From: Candidatus Nomurabacteria bacterium
GTDB taxonomy: Bacteria; Patescibacteriota; Minisyncoccia; Phycocordibacterales; UBA5272
Reading direction: 5' to 3'
Length of the DNA stretch: 57,815 bases
Assembly: GCA_040376695.1 (NCBI GenBank)
Contig: JBEIQD010000004.1
Location: forward strand, 1 to 57,815
Shown here: positions 22,905 to 32,464 of the stretch, piece by piece
Layout: every line of letters starts with the position of its first letter
Position numbering within the stretch: the first letter of the stretch is position 1
Translations under genes and position numbers: made by a program
Notes under the pieces: model-generated
Told to the model about the DNA's origin: nothing
Databases searched by the model: none
The model's input: only the letters and a program-made list of their open reading frames with translations

Positions 22905-24204
22905 ATTCAGCCACCTCTTTCAGTTCCATTCCATGTCGCTTAAAGTAAATCATCTTAGGTTTAATCTTACCCTGTGAACGCTGTGCTACAATCTTCATCT
23001 TAATGTCTGCATCAGTGACAACTTGCTCCTCTAATGAGACACCTTTAATCATAATCAATCGGTTACAGAACTGAACAATCTTATCTGAGCCTGCCACCAT
23101 GCTTTCATCCATTCCGCTATCAGAACCGATTGCTTGCCGGTTAAGCTGTACTGCCGTCAAAATAGGGATTCTGAGCTTGCCTGCTTGCTCTTTAAGGACT
23201 GTGGTAATCTGTCCGAGGTACAAGTATTCTTTGTCGCTTCCTCCCTCTCCTAGCTTGATATAATCGAAAATAACCAACCCGACACCATACTTTGCTTTAT
23301 GCTGTTTAATCGCTGTAGCTAATTTTTCTGGTGTGAACTGTGGCATATAAACGTGATAGAAAAAGCCGCTATCAAGAACATCCATAGCCCGGTTAATTGC
23401 ATCGACCTCTAGCTCGTTCTTGCTGAACTCACCTGTTTTAATCTTCCATTCTTCAACACCGGATAATAAGGAGAGAATGCGATTCTCTTGCTCCTCCTCA
23501 TACATCTCTGTATCAATATATAATACTGGAATAGCTTGGTCATAAGCAACACAAGCCCCGATGCCTAATAGGAACGATGATTTACCTAACTTAGCTCGAC
23601 CTGCAATGACCGTTAACTCGCCGGGTAACATACCAAGTGTCTGCAAGTTAAGAGACACCCACGGTGTTTTTAATCCGAGTACAGGTTCTTCCATCGCCTT
23701 TAACCGTTCGATACGCTCTCTGACACCCTCTCCAATGCGCTTTACTTCATCGTTAGAGATAACAGTAAGCCCGACATCAGCTTGCATCTTCTCTAGCTCT
23801 GTAAGCGTCTCAATGGCTAGTTTATCCGGGTTGAACATATCCTCTTTAATCTGCTCTAACCGTTGGTGAATAATCTTCTTGGTGTAAGCAGAGTGGATTC
23901 GTTCGGCGTATAAACTGGCTGAACGTCCTGTGGCTAGCTCCTTCAACGTGAAAAGATATTGTAATCCACCGATGTCATCAATCTCTTTAATGATTCCTTC
24001 ATCGGTATAGAAGTGATAAATCGCACTTGCATCTGCCGGTAAGTCCTGTCCATACAATTCTTTGATAGCGAGAAAGATATATCTATGCCCGGATAATGAA
24101 AAGTGTTCCGGCTTCAATCCTTCTACCTCGACCAACTGGTTCATATCAAACATCAAAGATGATAGTAAAGCTCGTTCTGAACCATGACTAGCAAATTCCT
24201 CCAT
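22888..24204 (-). CDS. dnaB: DnaB-family replicative helicase
   Basis: N-terminal SERALLSSLM, Walker A AGRAKLGKSSF, Walker B LVIFDYI, QLNR. Confidence 0.85.
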   Translation of the reverse strand: MEEFASHGSERALLSSLMFDMNQLVEVEGLKPEHFSLSGHRYIFLAIKELYGQDLPADASAIYHFYTDEGIIKEIDDIGGLQYLFTLKELATGRSASLYAERIHSAYTKKIIHQRLEQIKEDMFNPDKLAIETLTELEKMQADVGLTVISNDEVKRIGEGVRERIERLKAMEEPVLGLKTPWVSLNLQTLGMLPGELTVIAGRAKLGKSSFLLGIGACVAYDQAIPVLYIDTEMYEEEQENRILSLLSGVEEWKIKTGEFSKNELEVDAINRAMDVLDSGFFYHVYMPQFTPEKLATAIKQHKAKYGVGLVIFDYIKLGEGGSDKEYLYLGQITTVLKEQAGKLRIPILTAVQLNRQAIGSDSGMDESMVAGSDKIVQFCNRLIMIKGVSLEEQVVTDADIKMKIVAQRSQGKIKPKMIYFKRHGMELKEVAEYGSQD

Positions 24205-24226
24205 ATTGCACCTCCTAGATATAGAC

Positions 24227-24254
24227 AAAAAAAGAGGGGGGATTAACCCCTCTC
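24227..24254 (-). terminator. Rho-independent terminator after the SSB-like gene
   Basis: Minus strand: GAGAGGGG-ttaatc-CCCCTCT followed by TTTTTTT. Confidence 0.7.
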
Positions 24255-24256
24255 GT

Positions 24257-24991
24257 TTAGCCTAAGTCGTAGCCTTTCAAGTCGTCTGCTGATAGTTTTG
24301 TATCATCGGCTTCTACCGAGTTATCAGTTTCGGCTTTCTCTACTTTTTCGGCAGGGGCTTCACCGTCTTTAGGATAGTGCTTCTTGAAGGCTTCTTGAAT
24401 GCTCATTGCACCAGAGAGAGCTTCCATCCATACAGCTTCTTTAATGTCCGGGTTGACAATCTTCTCGAACACTTCTGGGGTCGGCAATGACTCTGCAATC
24501 TTTTCTTGCTCCTCAGTCAGTGGCGTGTTATTCCGAGCAGGAACGACTGAGTAATCTTTACCATCTTTAGTCATCAAAGTTACTGTGATGTCGTAGTTAG
24601 TCAAGTCGCCGTACTCTGGATTTTTGTGGTACTTAACAAGCTCTCCGAACAATGCCCAACCCTTTTGAATCAATTTAACTTTGCCATCCGAGTAGTCGTA
24701 TACGAGAATGCCAAACTGTTTATTGAGCTTGATACGCTGTTTAGCGTCCGTTACATTGTCGTTATGCTTGGCTACCCATGCAGAAGTTAGAGGTGTCTTA
24801 GCGACGAAAATACCCTTCTTACCACCGTAGTTAACACCCGGTACTGCTGTGATATAGAATTGTAATTTCTGTACCGGTTCGTTCATAACCCGTAGCTTAA
24901 CCTCTTTACCAACTTCTAGCTTCATATACTCAAACTTCTCATCATCAAAGTTACGTCCTTGTTCTGGTGCTTTAATATCATCCCATGCCAT
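24257..24991 (-). CDS. putative ssDNA-binding protein (T7 gp2.5-like architecture)
   Basis: Position upstream of the helicase; 244 aa with an acidic C-terminal tail (EADDTKLSADDLKGYDLG). Assignment rests on context only. Confidence 0.35.
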   Translation of the reverse strand: MAWDDIKAPEQGRNFDDEKFEYMKLEVGKEVKLRVMNEPVQKLQFYITAVPGVNYGGKKGIFVAKTPLTSAWVAKHNDNVTDAKQRIKLNKQFGILVYDYSDGKVKLIQKGWALFGELVKYHKNPEYGDLTNYDITVTLMTKDGKDYSVVPARNNTPLTEEQEKIAESLPTPEVFEKIVNPDIKEAVWMEALSGAMSIQEAFKKHYPKDGEAPAEKVEKAETDNSVEADDTKLSADDLKGYDLG

Positions 24992-24992
24992 A

Positions 24993-25343
24993 TTATTTGT
25001 CCTCCTTTTTAGTGACTGCATCTGATAGGTCAATTGTACCGACTGTTTGTTTAACCTTTACATCCATCAACGGCTTACCATCTTCTTGCTCGATTGGTTC
25101 GAGTTCGAGTTCCACTCCGACTCCTGCTAAACCGAGCAAGAGGTCTGTTAAGAACTCGTCGTCAGTTAAATCCTTCTCGTCTTTATGGTCTGTTGGTAAA
25201 CCTGCTTGTTCAGAGATTTGAATTGCTACACCGATTAAAACCTCTTGTACGATAGCATCTGCTTTCTCTGTGTCAATTACAATCTCTGGCTCTGTTGATG
25301 ATGATGGTTGAATATCGTCTTTTCCAAACCCTTGTTTTTTCAT
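24993..25343 (-). CDS. highly acidic hypothetical protein (116 aa)
   Basis: D/E-rich throughout. Confidence 0.5.
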   Translation of the reverse strand: MKKQGFGKDDIQPSSSTEPEIVIDTEKADAIVQEVLIGVAIQISEQAGLPTDHKDEKDLTDDEFLTDLLLGLAGVGVELELEPIEQEDGKPLMDVKVKQTVGTIDLSDAVTKKEDK

Positions 25344-25349
25344 CAGTCA

Positions 25350-25664
25350 TTATCCTCTCTTTGTTGTATAAATTGTTTTTTCAACTACTTTTGGAAATAC
25401 TTCCCGGACTTCCATGTCTGGCTCATAGCCATCTTGCATTTCAGTAGAACCTTGTGAAAACTCTACTTCTAAGAATCGTTCTCCGAACCGTAACACTAAA
25501 CGCTTGTCAGTCATCCAACGATGTTGAGCTGTGATTTCATCGACCATTACTTCGTCCGACATTTCATAAAGTTCCCAATGGTCTAAATCGCCTAAAACTT
25601 CTTCTTCTGTAAACTTTGTTTGTTCTGCGACAATCTTTGCAATTTCTTCATTGCTCAATGACAT
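25350..25664 (-). CDS. hypothetical protein (104 aa)
   Basis: First gene after two tandem boxes. Confidence 0.55.
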   Translation of the reverse strand: MSLSNEEIAKIVAEQTKFTEEEVLGDLDHWELYEMSDEVMVDEITAQHRWMTDKRLVLRFGERFLEVEFSQGSTEMQDGYEPDMEVREVFPKVVEKTIYTTKRG

Positions 25665-25684
25665 TTAACATTTCTCCTTTCGGC

Positions 25685-25705
25685 GTGATAATAATATATA
25701 CCCCG
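25685..25705 (-). promoter_or_regulatory. Conserved box (CGGGGTATATATTATTATCAC)
   Basis: 20 nt upstream of ATG 25664. Confidence 0.55.
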
Positions 25706-25757
25706 ATAGCTTCAAGGTTAAACATTTCTGTTTTACCGGAAACAAAAAGGGATACTA

Positions 25758-25777
25758 CTCTTATAGTAATACCCCTG
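25758..25777 (-). promoter_or_regulatory. Shortened box variant (CAGGGGTATTACTATAAGAG)
   Basis: Tandem with 25685..25705, just after the holin stop. Confidence 0.35.
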
Positions 25778-25787
25778 TGTCAGATTC

Positions 25788-25970
25788 TTAAACCTTTGGT
25801 TCGTCGTCCTTGCGTTCACTATCAAAGATACCGAGAGCTGTAAGCCCTAGACCTAAGTTAGTGAGCAAGACACCGGCGAAATCTAAATGCTCCGGTAAGA
25901 ATTGACCTACGACTGCGAGTGCAATACCGCTAATCGCTACCCATACTTTAAAGTTTAATTTTTTTCTCAT
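25788..25970 (-). CDS. holin (60 aa, two TM segments, charged C-terminus)
   Basis: VWVAISGIALAVVGQF / AGVLLTNLGLGLTALGIF then SERKDDEPKV; adjacent to the lysins. Confidence 0.6.
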   Translation of the reverse strand: MRKKLNFKVWVAISGIALAVVGQFLPEHLDFAGVLLTNLGLGLTALGIFDSERKDDEPKV

Positions 25971-26029
25971 GTCTATTCACCTTTTTAGTCCTTTCTAATT
26001 AGATTTGGGTCGCCCACTTTTGGTAGGTC

Positions 26030-26512
26030 TTACAATAGGTCGTATACGGATTCAATCGTTCCTGCATACTTATCGTTCATAGCCCATCGGTTATTCAAGT
26101 CTTTCCATGCCGGGGCAATTCCCCGTTTAACATACTTGAATCGTGGGTCGAGGATGCTGTCTCCTTCTGGTAAAGGAAGGGTAGAAGCGTATGCGAACAA
26201 GTGTTGAATGTGGGCTGTAACCCCTTCTTCAATTGTTCTGAACTCATTTCCTTTAAGTCCATTGCTAGTAACTCCCATACCACAATAGTTATGTTGGTCT
26301 GGCGTAACTGCTGAACCACGGAATGTAAACCATCCTGTTTCTACGATAGCTTGTGCAAAAGCGACATCACCTCTTACTCCATATCGTTTACCGATACGGA
26401 TATAAGCTCCTGCAATATCTTCTATACGTTTAGCATCGGGGTTAACGTTTAGAACCTGTGCAGAAAGTTGAAGGTGAGTTTTTACACTCACCCCCATAAT
26501 CTTGTTTATCAT
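26030..26512 (-). CDS. endolysin, N-acetylglucosaminidase (LytD/glucosaminidase-domain) type
   Basis: VAFAQAIVETGWF...NYCGMGV motif characteristic of the glucosaminidase domain. Confidence 0.7.
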   Translation of the reverse strand: MINKIMGVSVKTHLQLSAQVLNVNPDAKRIEDIAGAYIRIGKRYGVRGDVAFAQAIVETGWFTFRGSAVTPDQHNYCGMGVTSNGLKGNEFRTIEEGVTAHIQHLFAYASTLPLPEGDSILDPRFKYVKRGIAPAWKDLNNRWAMNDKYAGTIESVYDLL

Positions 26513-27243
26513 AAGTCTACCCGGTCAATCCGGATGTCCTTACCTTCATGTTTGTCTACAAGTTCTTCAACGTTCTTGTAGTCAGAGAAAGCCCCGATTT
26601 GCTTCTCATCAATGAAGACACGATAAATCGTTTTCTTTGTCTCAACCGGTGGCTTAACCGGTGTTGGTGCTTTGATTGCTTCTCCGATAATTGCTTCTGC
26701 AATAACTTTGCCGACTCCATCTGCTTTCAATTTCTTGTAAGCGTCTGTGTCTGCTTTGCTATCTACGAAACAAATCTCTACGAGAATGCCATAAGCTGTA
26801 CGTTCTACCCATTGAATAGGAACACCTTTACCAAAGCGATTGTCTGAATCCTTAACCCCACGGTTAGGAAGACCTAGTGCTTTTGCAAGTTGGTCAACGA
26901 TTCGTTTTGCACGAACTTTATCTTTCTCCCGTGCTTGACGGAATGAAATAAAGACTTCAACACCAACTGCTTGTGCCATTGTACGAACTGCATTGAAATG
27001 CAATTGAATGTCACACTCTGCATCTGGATGTTTCAAGTGTTTGTTAACCGAGTTTGAAATAATTTGTTGAGCTGTTCGACCGATGTTATCGGTACAGTCA
27101 GCGAAATCCCAACCACCTTGCTTGATATATTTTTCGACTGCATCTAAAACGATGCGATTCTCGACTTCTTCCTTGATATAACCTCTAGCGCCCGGAATGA
27201 TTAAGTTATGACCTGCTGAACCTGCTAATTTTTTCTTAGCCAT
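26509..27243 (-). CDS. endolysin, N-acetylmuramoyl-L-alanine amidase (Amidase_3-like) with a SPOR-like C-terminus
   Basis: AGHNLIIPGARGYIKEEVENR... amidase-3-like N-terminus; C-terminal IYRVFIDEKQIGAFSDYKNVEELV resembles the SPOR motif. Confidence 0.65.
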   Translation of the reverse strand: MAKKKLAGSAGHNLIIPGARGYIKEEVENRIVLDAVEKYIKQGGWDFADCTDNIGRTAQQIISNSVNKHLKHPDAECDIQLHFNAVRTMAQAVGVEVFISFRQAREKDKVRAKRIVDQLAKALGLPNRGVKDSDNRFGKGVPIQWVERTAYGILVEICFVDSKADTDAYKKLKADGVGKVIAEAIIGEAIKAPTPVKPPVETKKTIYRVFIDEKQIGAFSDYKNVEELVDKHEGKDIRIDRVDL

Positions 27244-27280
27244 TTGTATCACCTCCTTCAATCCCAAGGTAGTAGTTAGA

Positions 27281-27634
27281 TTAATCCTTGTCTTTAAATC
27301 GGACTCGCTCATTAATACGGTCTACATCCTGCTCGATTCGTTCGAGACTATCGCTAAGTTTGTTTAATGAGCTTGCGATTTCCTTTACTTGTTCAAGAAT
27401 AATCGCTTCTCGTCGTGCTGAACCTTCCTTCTCCTCTGCTAGCTGTTCTCTCAAATAGGCTTCCCTACGTTCGGCTGACTCTCTAGCTAGACGGGCATCT
27501 TCTTTCCTTTCGACTTCCATCTGGCTAAATCTGTCAGCAACGTATTTGATAGCAATGAAGAAGAAGGTGATGAACAAGCCCATGAAGACATTCTCAACAC
27601 CTAACAATTTCAGTATAGCAACAAATTCTGCCAT
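27281..27634 (-). CDS. BhlA/UviB-like holin-like membrane protein (N-terminal TM plus coiled coil)
   Basis: FMGLFITFFFIAIKYV TM followed by a long charged coiled coil; position before the lysins. Confidence 0.4.
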   Translation of the reverse strand: MAEFVAILKLLGVENVFMGLFITFFFIAIKYVADRFSQMEVERKEDARLARESAERREAYLREQLAEEKEGSARREAIILEQVKEIASSLNKLSDSLERIEQDVDRINERVRFKDKD

Positions 27635-27650
27635 TTCCTTTTCACCTCCT

Positions 27651-27911
27651 TTACGAGTTTTTAATCTTGCAAAGGATTACGAAAGTATTCCCCACCCTTG
27701 CAAGAAGAACTCTATCATTTGCAACCGGCGTGTAACTGGCATTATGTGAGTATGCCTTGTCTGCTACTGTGTCATCACCATCCACAAGCACCTTTGGTAA
27801 GCCGGATGTATAAGCCGGGTCAATCTTACCGAGATAGAATGCTTGTGTCTGGTGTTGTGACTTGAAATACTCGTCTAGTAAATCAACGAAGTTAGTTGGT
27901 AATTCCATCAA
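27651..27911 (-). CDS. small tail/baseplate-associated protein (86 aa)
   Basis: Context after the tailspikes; PVANDRVLLARVGNTFVIL-type motif. Confidence 0.35.
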   Translation of the reverse strand: MMELPTNFVDLLDEYFKSQHQTQAFYLGKIDPAYTSGLPKVLVDGDDTVADKAYSHNASYTPVANDRVLLARVGNTFVILCKIKNS

Positions 27912-28845
27912 TATCCACCACCTTTTGTACCTCGAACTTCATCTGTCCTCCGATGCGTAAGTCCAAGGAATATTTTGTAACTAGGAATTTATCGTTGATT
28001 CCTAAAGCTGAGTTGCGAAGTTCGATAACGTCTTGAAATTCAAAGTTTGGAATGTTTGCAGTTGCAAATGTTACAGAGCCGAATACCTGTGATAGCTCAT
28101 ATGATTTCTTCTTTGCATATGCGTTCAAGACCGTCTGGCTCTCGATGTCAGAGACTTCTTCATAGTGGGTAATGGTACGACCTACAACAACTGTACTAGT
28201 CGGGCTAGTAGGGTCTGTATTAGTCACGGTCGATTTAAGGACTGTGTTCTTTTCTGCATTAGTGTGTACAAAGATGAACCGGTTCGGAATACGGAAGTAA
28301 TCCAATTCCTCCTCGACTCCATCATACATGACAGAATACTCTGAGTCTGCAAACGAGAAGACAGGCGCTCTACTCGTCGGTAACTTGTACTCGAAACTAG
28401 TGAAGTAACCCCGGCTATCAACGAACAATGGAACGTAGTTAATCCGGATTAGCAAGTCTTTGATTGCTTCCATATAGCTCGTACCTGCATTGTAAACTAC
28501 GGTTACTTCCAAGTTTTTACCAGTCTGTTCGATGTTCTGTTTAGTGATGCCTGCTCCATTCATCAAAGTCCGGATAGCTGTGTCGTAACTCGTTCCAATC
28601 GTGATTGAATAAGACGACTCAAACTTCTTGTCTAAGAGAATGATAGAGTCATCATAAAGTTCGATGTCACGGTAAATCTTGTCGTTCTGGCTGACTCGTT
28701 TAGGCGTAGAAGGAAAGAACTCTCCTAAAGGATATTCTAACCATTCTCCATCCGGCATTTGAAATCTCATGTAAGGAATAATCTTAGCTTGATTCCAAAT
28801 GATTTCATTACTTCTTTCAACATAAAGCTCTGACATAAAAGCCAT
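27892..28845 (-). CDS. tail/baseplate structural protein (317 aa)
   Basis: Context only. Confidence 0.4.
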   Translation of the reverse strand: MAFMSELYVERSNEIIWNQAKIIPYMRFQMPDGEWLEYPLGEFFPSTPKRVSQNDKIYRDIELYDDSIILLDKKFESSYSITIGTSYDTAIRTLMNGAGITKQNIEQTGKNLEVTVVYNAGTSYMEAIKDLLIRINYVPLFVDSRGYFTSFEYKLPTSRAPVFSFADSEYSVMYDGVEEELDYFRIPNRFIFVHTNAEKNTVLKSTVTNTDPTSPTSTVVVGRTITHYEEVSDIESQTVLNAYAKKKSYELSQVFGSVTFATANIPNFEFQDVIELRNSALGINDKFLVTKYSLDLRIGGQMKFEVQKVVDIDGITN

Positions 28846-28859
28846 TTATCTCACCTCCA

Positions 28860-30566
28860 TTAAGTTGATACGTTACCGGCTGTGGTAACGTTCCCTGTAC
28901 CAGACAGGTTGACTGTGTTTGCTGTTCCATTACCTCCTACTTTATTACCCCATACATGGTTCGCTGAAACCGTACTGGATGAGTAGATGCCGTTAGTGGC
29001 GCTTGTTCCTTTGTTACAGATGTTGTTCATAGCTACTGTAATATCAGTAGAGCTAGCCGTGATTGAAACTCCACCGTAATCTCCACCGTCTGCATTTGAT
29101 TTCTCAATATGGTTGCTAGATACAACGATTCTATCCGAGCTTGTGGTTAAGTGAACACCGGACTTGGCGCTACCGAAAAGTTTATTCCCGTAAATCGTTC
29201 CATCCTCACAGTCGTAAATGCCGATGTTATGATACTTACTTGTAAACATCGTGTTACCGGCGATTACAAATCCGTTACAGCTAGTGACGATGATGTTGTT
29301 AGAACCGGTCAAGACACTTTCCTTGATACTGTTACCTGTGATTACAAGCCGTCTCACAAACGTACAAAGGATGGCTTCATTGTCAACGTCAGAGATGTTG
29401 TTACCGGAAATGTTAATCTCATATACTCGACCATCGTTATCATCAAACCCATCGACATAGAAAGCATATCCACTGGATGTGTTAATCGTCGAGTTAGATG
29501 TCGTTGTATATGTGTGCTGTCGAATACCTGTAACAGTATTAGCGTTTGCCATTGTCCGGAACATATCACTTGGCGCTCCTGTGAAGTCACCAGAGTCTTG
29601 ATTGGTTCTGACTCGTAAAGCTCCACCACAGTTTCGTACTAAATTATTCGAGAATACTGAGTTAGTAAATCCGTAAGAATACATACAAACATCTAGCACA
29701 TCTTGGAAGATATTGTTTGTTACAACGATACCTTGGCTTCCTCCCGATGCTGTAATGAATGAGTGTTCTCCTACTCCTCGACCACAAGACCATTGGTTAG
29801 CGGCTGAACGCTTCCATGTGTTGTGATGGATTGTAACGTCCTCTGTAACGACTCCATCTGCCGAAGCAGGGTTAGTATTGGTTGGCAATGCACCAGAGCT
29901 TGCAAGGTCAATCTGGATGCTCTCAGCGTAGTAGCGACGACCACTAGCTAGCGTCTTATCCCAATCGTAACCTTCAAATGTACAATAGGCAATCTCTACT
30001 CCTTTCATAGCTACTAAGTCGATACAGTGAGAACCATAACTATCGAGGAAGCGAACTCCTAGAATCCGTAGGTTACGTCCGTGTGACCAACCACTCATGT
30101 TATTCTGATTCTGAATACCACCACTTCTTCCTCGTTGGTCGAATGTTCCACCGATGATTGTGATGTTGTTATTCCCTTTCATGCCGGAAACATCTGCTGA
30201 ACGGTCGAAGTTGATGAAGAAGCCGTGGTTACCTAAGCGTCTAATTGTCGTGTCAGTGTGCATTAAAAGCGTTGTGTTTGCCGGGATTGTGATGTAAGCA
30301 GAGATAGAATAAACTCCCCGGGGGATGATTAGAATACCAAGGTTCTCCGTCTTCATCTCTTTAAAGGCATTGATGAATGCCTGTGTTACATCTGTGTTAT
30401 CCGTCTTGTTAGACGGCAAGTAACTTTTCAAGTTGACGATACCATACCCACCTTTAAGGCTAGCATCGTCAATCTTTTCAAAGTTCTCTACTAACGTGTC
30501 AATGATAGATAAATCATCTGTCTTGTTCGGTAGATAGAGATTTAAGTTTGGTGTATAGCTTGGCAT
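28860..30566 (-). CDS. tailspike / receptor-binding protein with right-handed beta-helix (pectate-lyase-like), paralog 2
   Basis: N-terminus MPSYTPNLNLYLPNKTDD shared with the next gene; repeated xNNxIxG beta-helix rungs; GVYSI...IPANTTL. Confidence 0.65.
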   Translation of the reverse strand: MPSYTPNLNLYLPNKTDDLSIIDTLVENFEKIDDASLKGGYGIVNLKSYLPSNKTDNTDVTQAFINAFKEMKTENLGILIIPRGVYSISAYITIPANTTLLMHTDTTIRRLGNHGFFINFDRSADVSGMKGNNNITIIGGTFDQRGRSGGIQNQNNMSGWSHGRNLRILGVRFLDSYGSHCIDLVAMKGVEIAYCTFEGYDWDKTLASGRRYYAESIQIDLASSGALPTNTNPASADGVVTEDVTIHHNTWKRSAANQWSCGRGVGEHSFITASGGSQGIVVTNNIFQDVLDVCMYSYGFTNSVFSNNLVRNCGGALRVRTNQDSGDFTGAPSDMFRTMANANTVTGIRQHTYTTTSNSTINTSSGYAFYVDGFDDNDGRVYEINISGNNISDVDNEAILCTFVRRLVITGNSIKESVLTGSNNIIVTSCNGFVIAGNTMFTSKYHNIGIYDCEDGTIYGNKLFGSAKSGVHLTTSSDRIVVSSNHIEKSNADGGDYGGVSITASSTDITVAMNNICNKGTSATNGIYSSSTVSANHVWGNKVGGNGTANTVNLSGTGNVTTAGNVST

Positions 30567-30578
30567 CTTATCTCCTCC

Positions 30579-32165
30579 TTATGAGTTTGTAGCGGCTTCT
30601 GAATTAGAAGTTCCACTATCCAGTTTATATGCTGTAACGAATCCACCTGTGAACTTGTTACCGAAGTAGCTGTTAAAGTTAGCACCAGAGTTCAAACTGA
30701 TACCGTACTGTGCCTTGTTGCTTGCTCCGTTAAAGATACGGTTAGCTGTGATGATACAGTATGTTGCACCAGAGTTGAGCAAGATTCCTTGGTAAGTTGC
30801 ATTCGTTTGAATACCGACATCGTACATATGGTTTCCGTTAATCAGAGAATATGGACTTGTTCCAGAAGACCAGATTCCGTGTTGCTGAATTGAACGAATC
30901 GTATTACCGGCAACTACCGAAGATGAAGATGTTACGATACGAATACCATAAGTCGCTCCGTCAATCGAGTTACCAACACAGCTAGCTCCACTACAAGTAT
31001 CGAAGATGAAACCAGAACCACCAGTACAAGCTGACATATTGTTCCCTGTCGCTGAACCATTCTGAGTTTTATCAAACTGAATCCCACCGTACTTCATAAC
31101 GTTGTTTGAAGCAGAGATGTTACGAGCCGAAATGGTTTCTTGACCTTGACCAACGAAGATAGCGTATTTCCCGGAGGAAGCTGTATTCATGTACAAAACA
31201 TTACCGTTTACTGTATTGTCTGTTACAAGAGTTGTTACAGTGATAGCTGTACCGGAAGCGTTAACCCACTCAGCCGTATCATATCCTCGCAAGTAAATCG
31301 TAGCATCTTTCGTGTCGTTAAAGACGTTATCCGAGATGTTGGAATATCCAAGTCCACGAATATAAACTCCAAAACTTTCCATGTTTGAAACGTTGTTGTT
31401 CGTGATTTGGAAGCGACGGTGTTGATAGTCTGAGAGAGCAGGTGGTGAAGTCGTTCCTACTTGTGAAATGAAACTCGTTGCATACTCAGTTGTGTCCGGT
31501 TTGGCTGTGTTGTTCGAGATTGTAATTGTGTCACAACCACGTTTAGTTGTCGGTGAACGGTCAACTAAAATCATTACACAGTTGATACCCACTTGATTGC
31601 GATAGATACGGAAGAAGTTCCCTTCAATCAAAGTGTTCTTAGCTCCCTGTAACCAGATTGCATCTCCTACAATGTTATAGTGCAATGTACGAGTGATGAT
31701 AACCCCATCTGCATCCGGGTCTAACTTTAAGTTACAGCAATCCGTATTGAAGCTAGAGTTCTGATTGAACTGTCCTCCACTCCAACTTACCCCTGTACCA
31801 ATGTTGAACATGACCGTAAGACCGCTTACTCCTCGTCGGAAGATTGCTCCGTTCTGACAGTTGATTTCAAAATCAGCCGGGATTGTTACAGTGGTGTCTA
31901 ACCGGTAAGTTCCGTTCGGGAAGTAGAGTTTTTTCAATCCAGTTGAACTAGCGCTTGCAATGGCACTAGCAATAGCAGAGCTAGCACTTGTAGCTCCTGT
32001 GTCATCTGCTCCAAACTGCTTTACCGATACCCCGAAAACACCACTCAAATCCTTAAAAGCAGTATCAATCTTAGTGAAGTTATCTGATAAAGCGACATCC
32101 AATTCAATTGTATTGTCTGCCCGGTTTGGTAAATATAGGTTCATTAAGTCTGTATAGTTTGGCAT
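30579..32165 (-). CDS. tailspike / receptor-binding protein with beta-helix, paralog 1
   Basis: N-terminus MPNYTDLMNLYLPNRADN; KQFGADDTGATSAS...YFPNGTYRL typical of pectate_lyase_3-type spikes; repetitive Gly/Asn rungs. Confidence 0.65.
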   Translation of the reverse strand: MPNYTDLMNLYLPNRADNTIELDVALSDNFTKIDTAFKDLSGVFGVSVKQFGADDTGATSASSAIASAIASASSTGLKKLYFPNGTYRLDTTVTIPADFEINCQNGAIFRRGVSGLTVMFNIGTGVSWSGGQFNQNSSFNTDCCNLKLDPDADGVIITRTLHYNIVGDAIWLQGAKNTLIEGNFFRIYRNQVGINCVMILVDRSPTTKRGCDTITISNNTAKPDTTEYATSFISQVGTTSPPALSDYQHRRFQITNNNVSNMESFGVYIRGLGYSNISDNVFNDTKDATIYLRGYDTAEWVNASGTAITVTTLVTDNTVNGNVLYMNTASSGKYAIFVGQGQETISARNISASNNVMKYGGIQFDKTQNGSATGNNMSACTGGSGFIFDTCSGASCVGNSIDGATYGIRIVTSSSSVVAGNTIRSIQQHGIWSSGTSPYSLINGNHMYDVGIQTNATYQGILLNSGATYCIITANRIFNGASNKAQYGISLNSGANFNSYFGNKFTGGFVTAYKLDSGTSNSEAATNS

Positions 32166-32179
32166 TTTTTACCCTCCTG

Positions 32180-32464
32180 TTATCCTAAAGCATTCCAAGT
32201 CAAGTTTCCGATGTCTGCCCATGTCGTGTAACTGAGCGTTTTATAATCACTTTGACTTGTCACAATTTTGGCTGTCCGTTTGATTTCAGATGTTGAATCG
32301 AATGTTAAACTTGCCGACTCAATTTCTGTTAGGTCTGTAATTTTTACTTTTGTCGTTTTATCAATTAGCTCGAATCGGTAATCCACAACCCGAGACTGAC
32401 CACGGGAAAGGACGACATCAAGTACGTCCTCTCTCTCATAGTCTTTCTGTTCAAAGTTTTGCAT
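32180..32464 (-). CDS. hypothetical tail protein (94 aa)
   Basis: Context only. Confidence 0.4.
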   Translation of the reverse strand: MQNFEQKDYEREDVLDVVLSRGQSRVVDYRFELIDKTTKVKITDLTEIESASLTFDSTSEIKRTAKIVTSQSDYKTLSYTTWADIGNLTWNALG

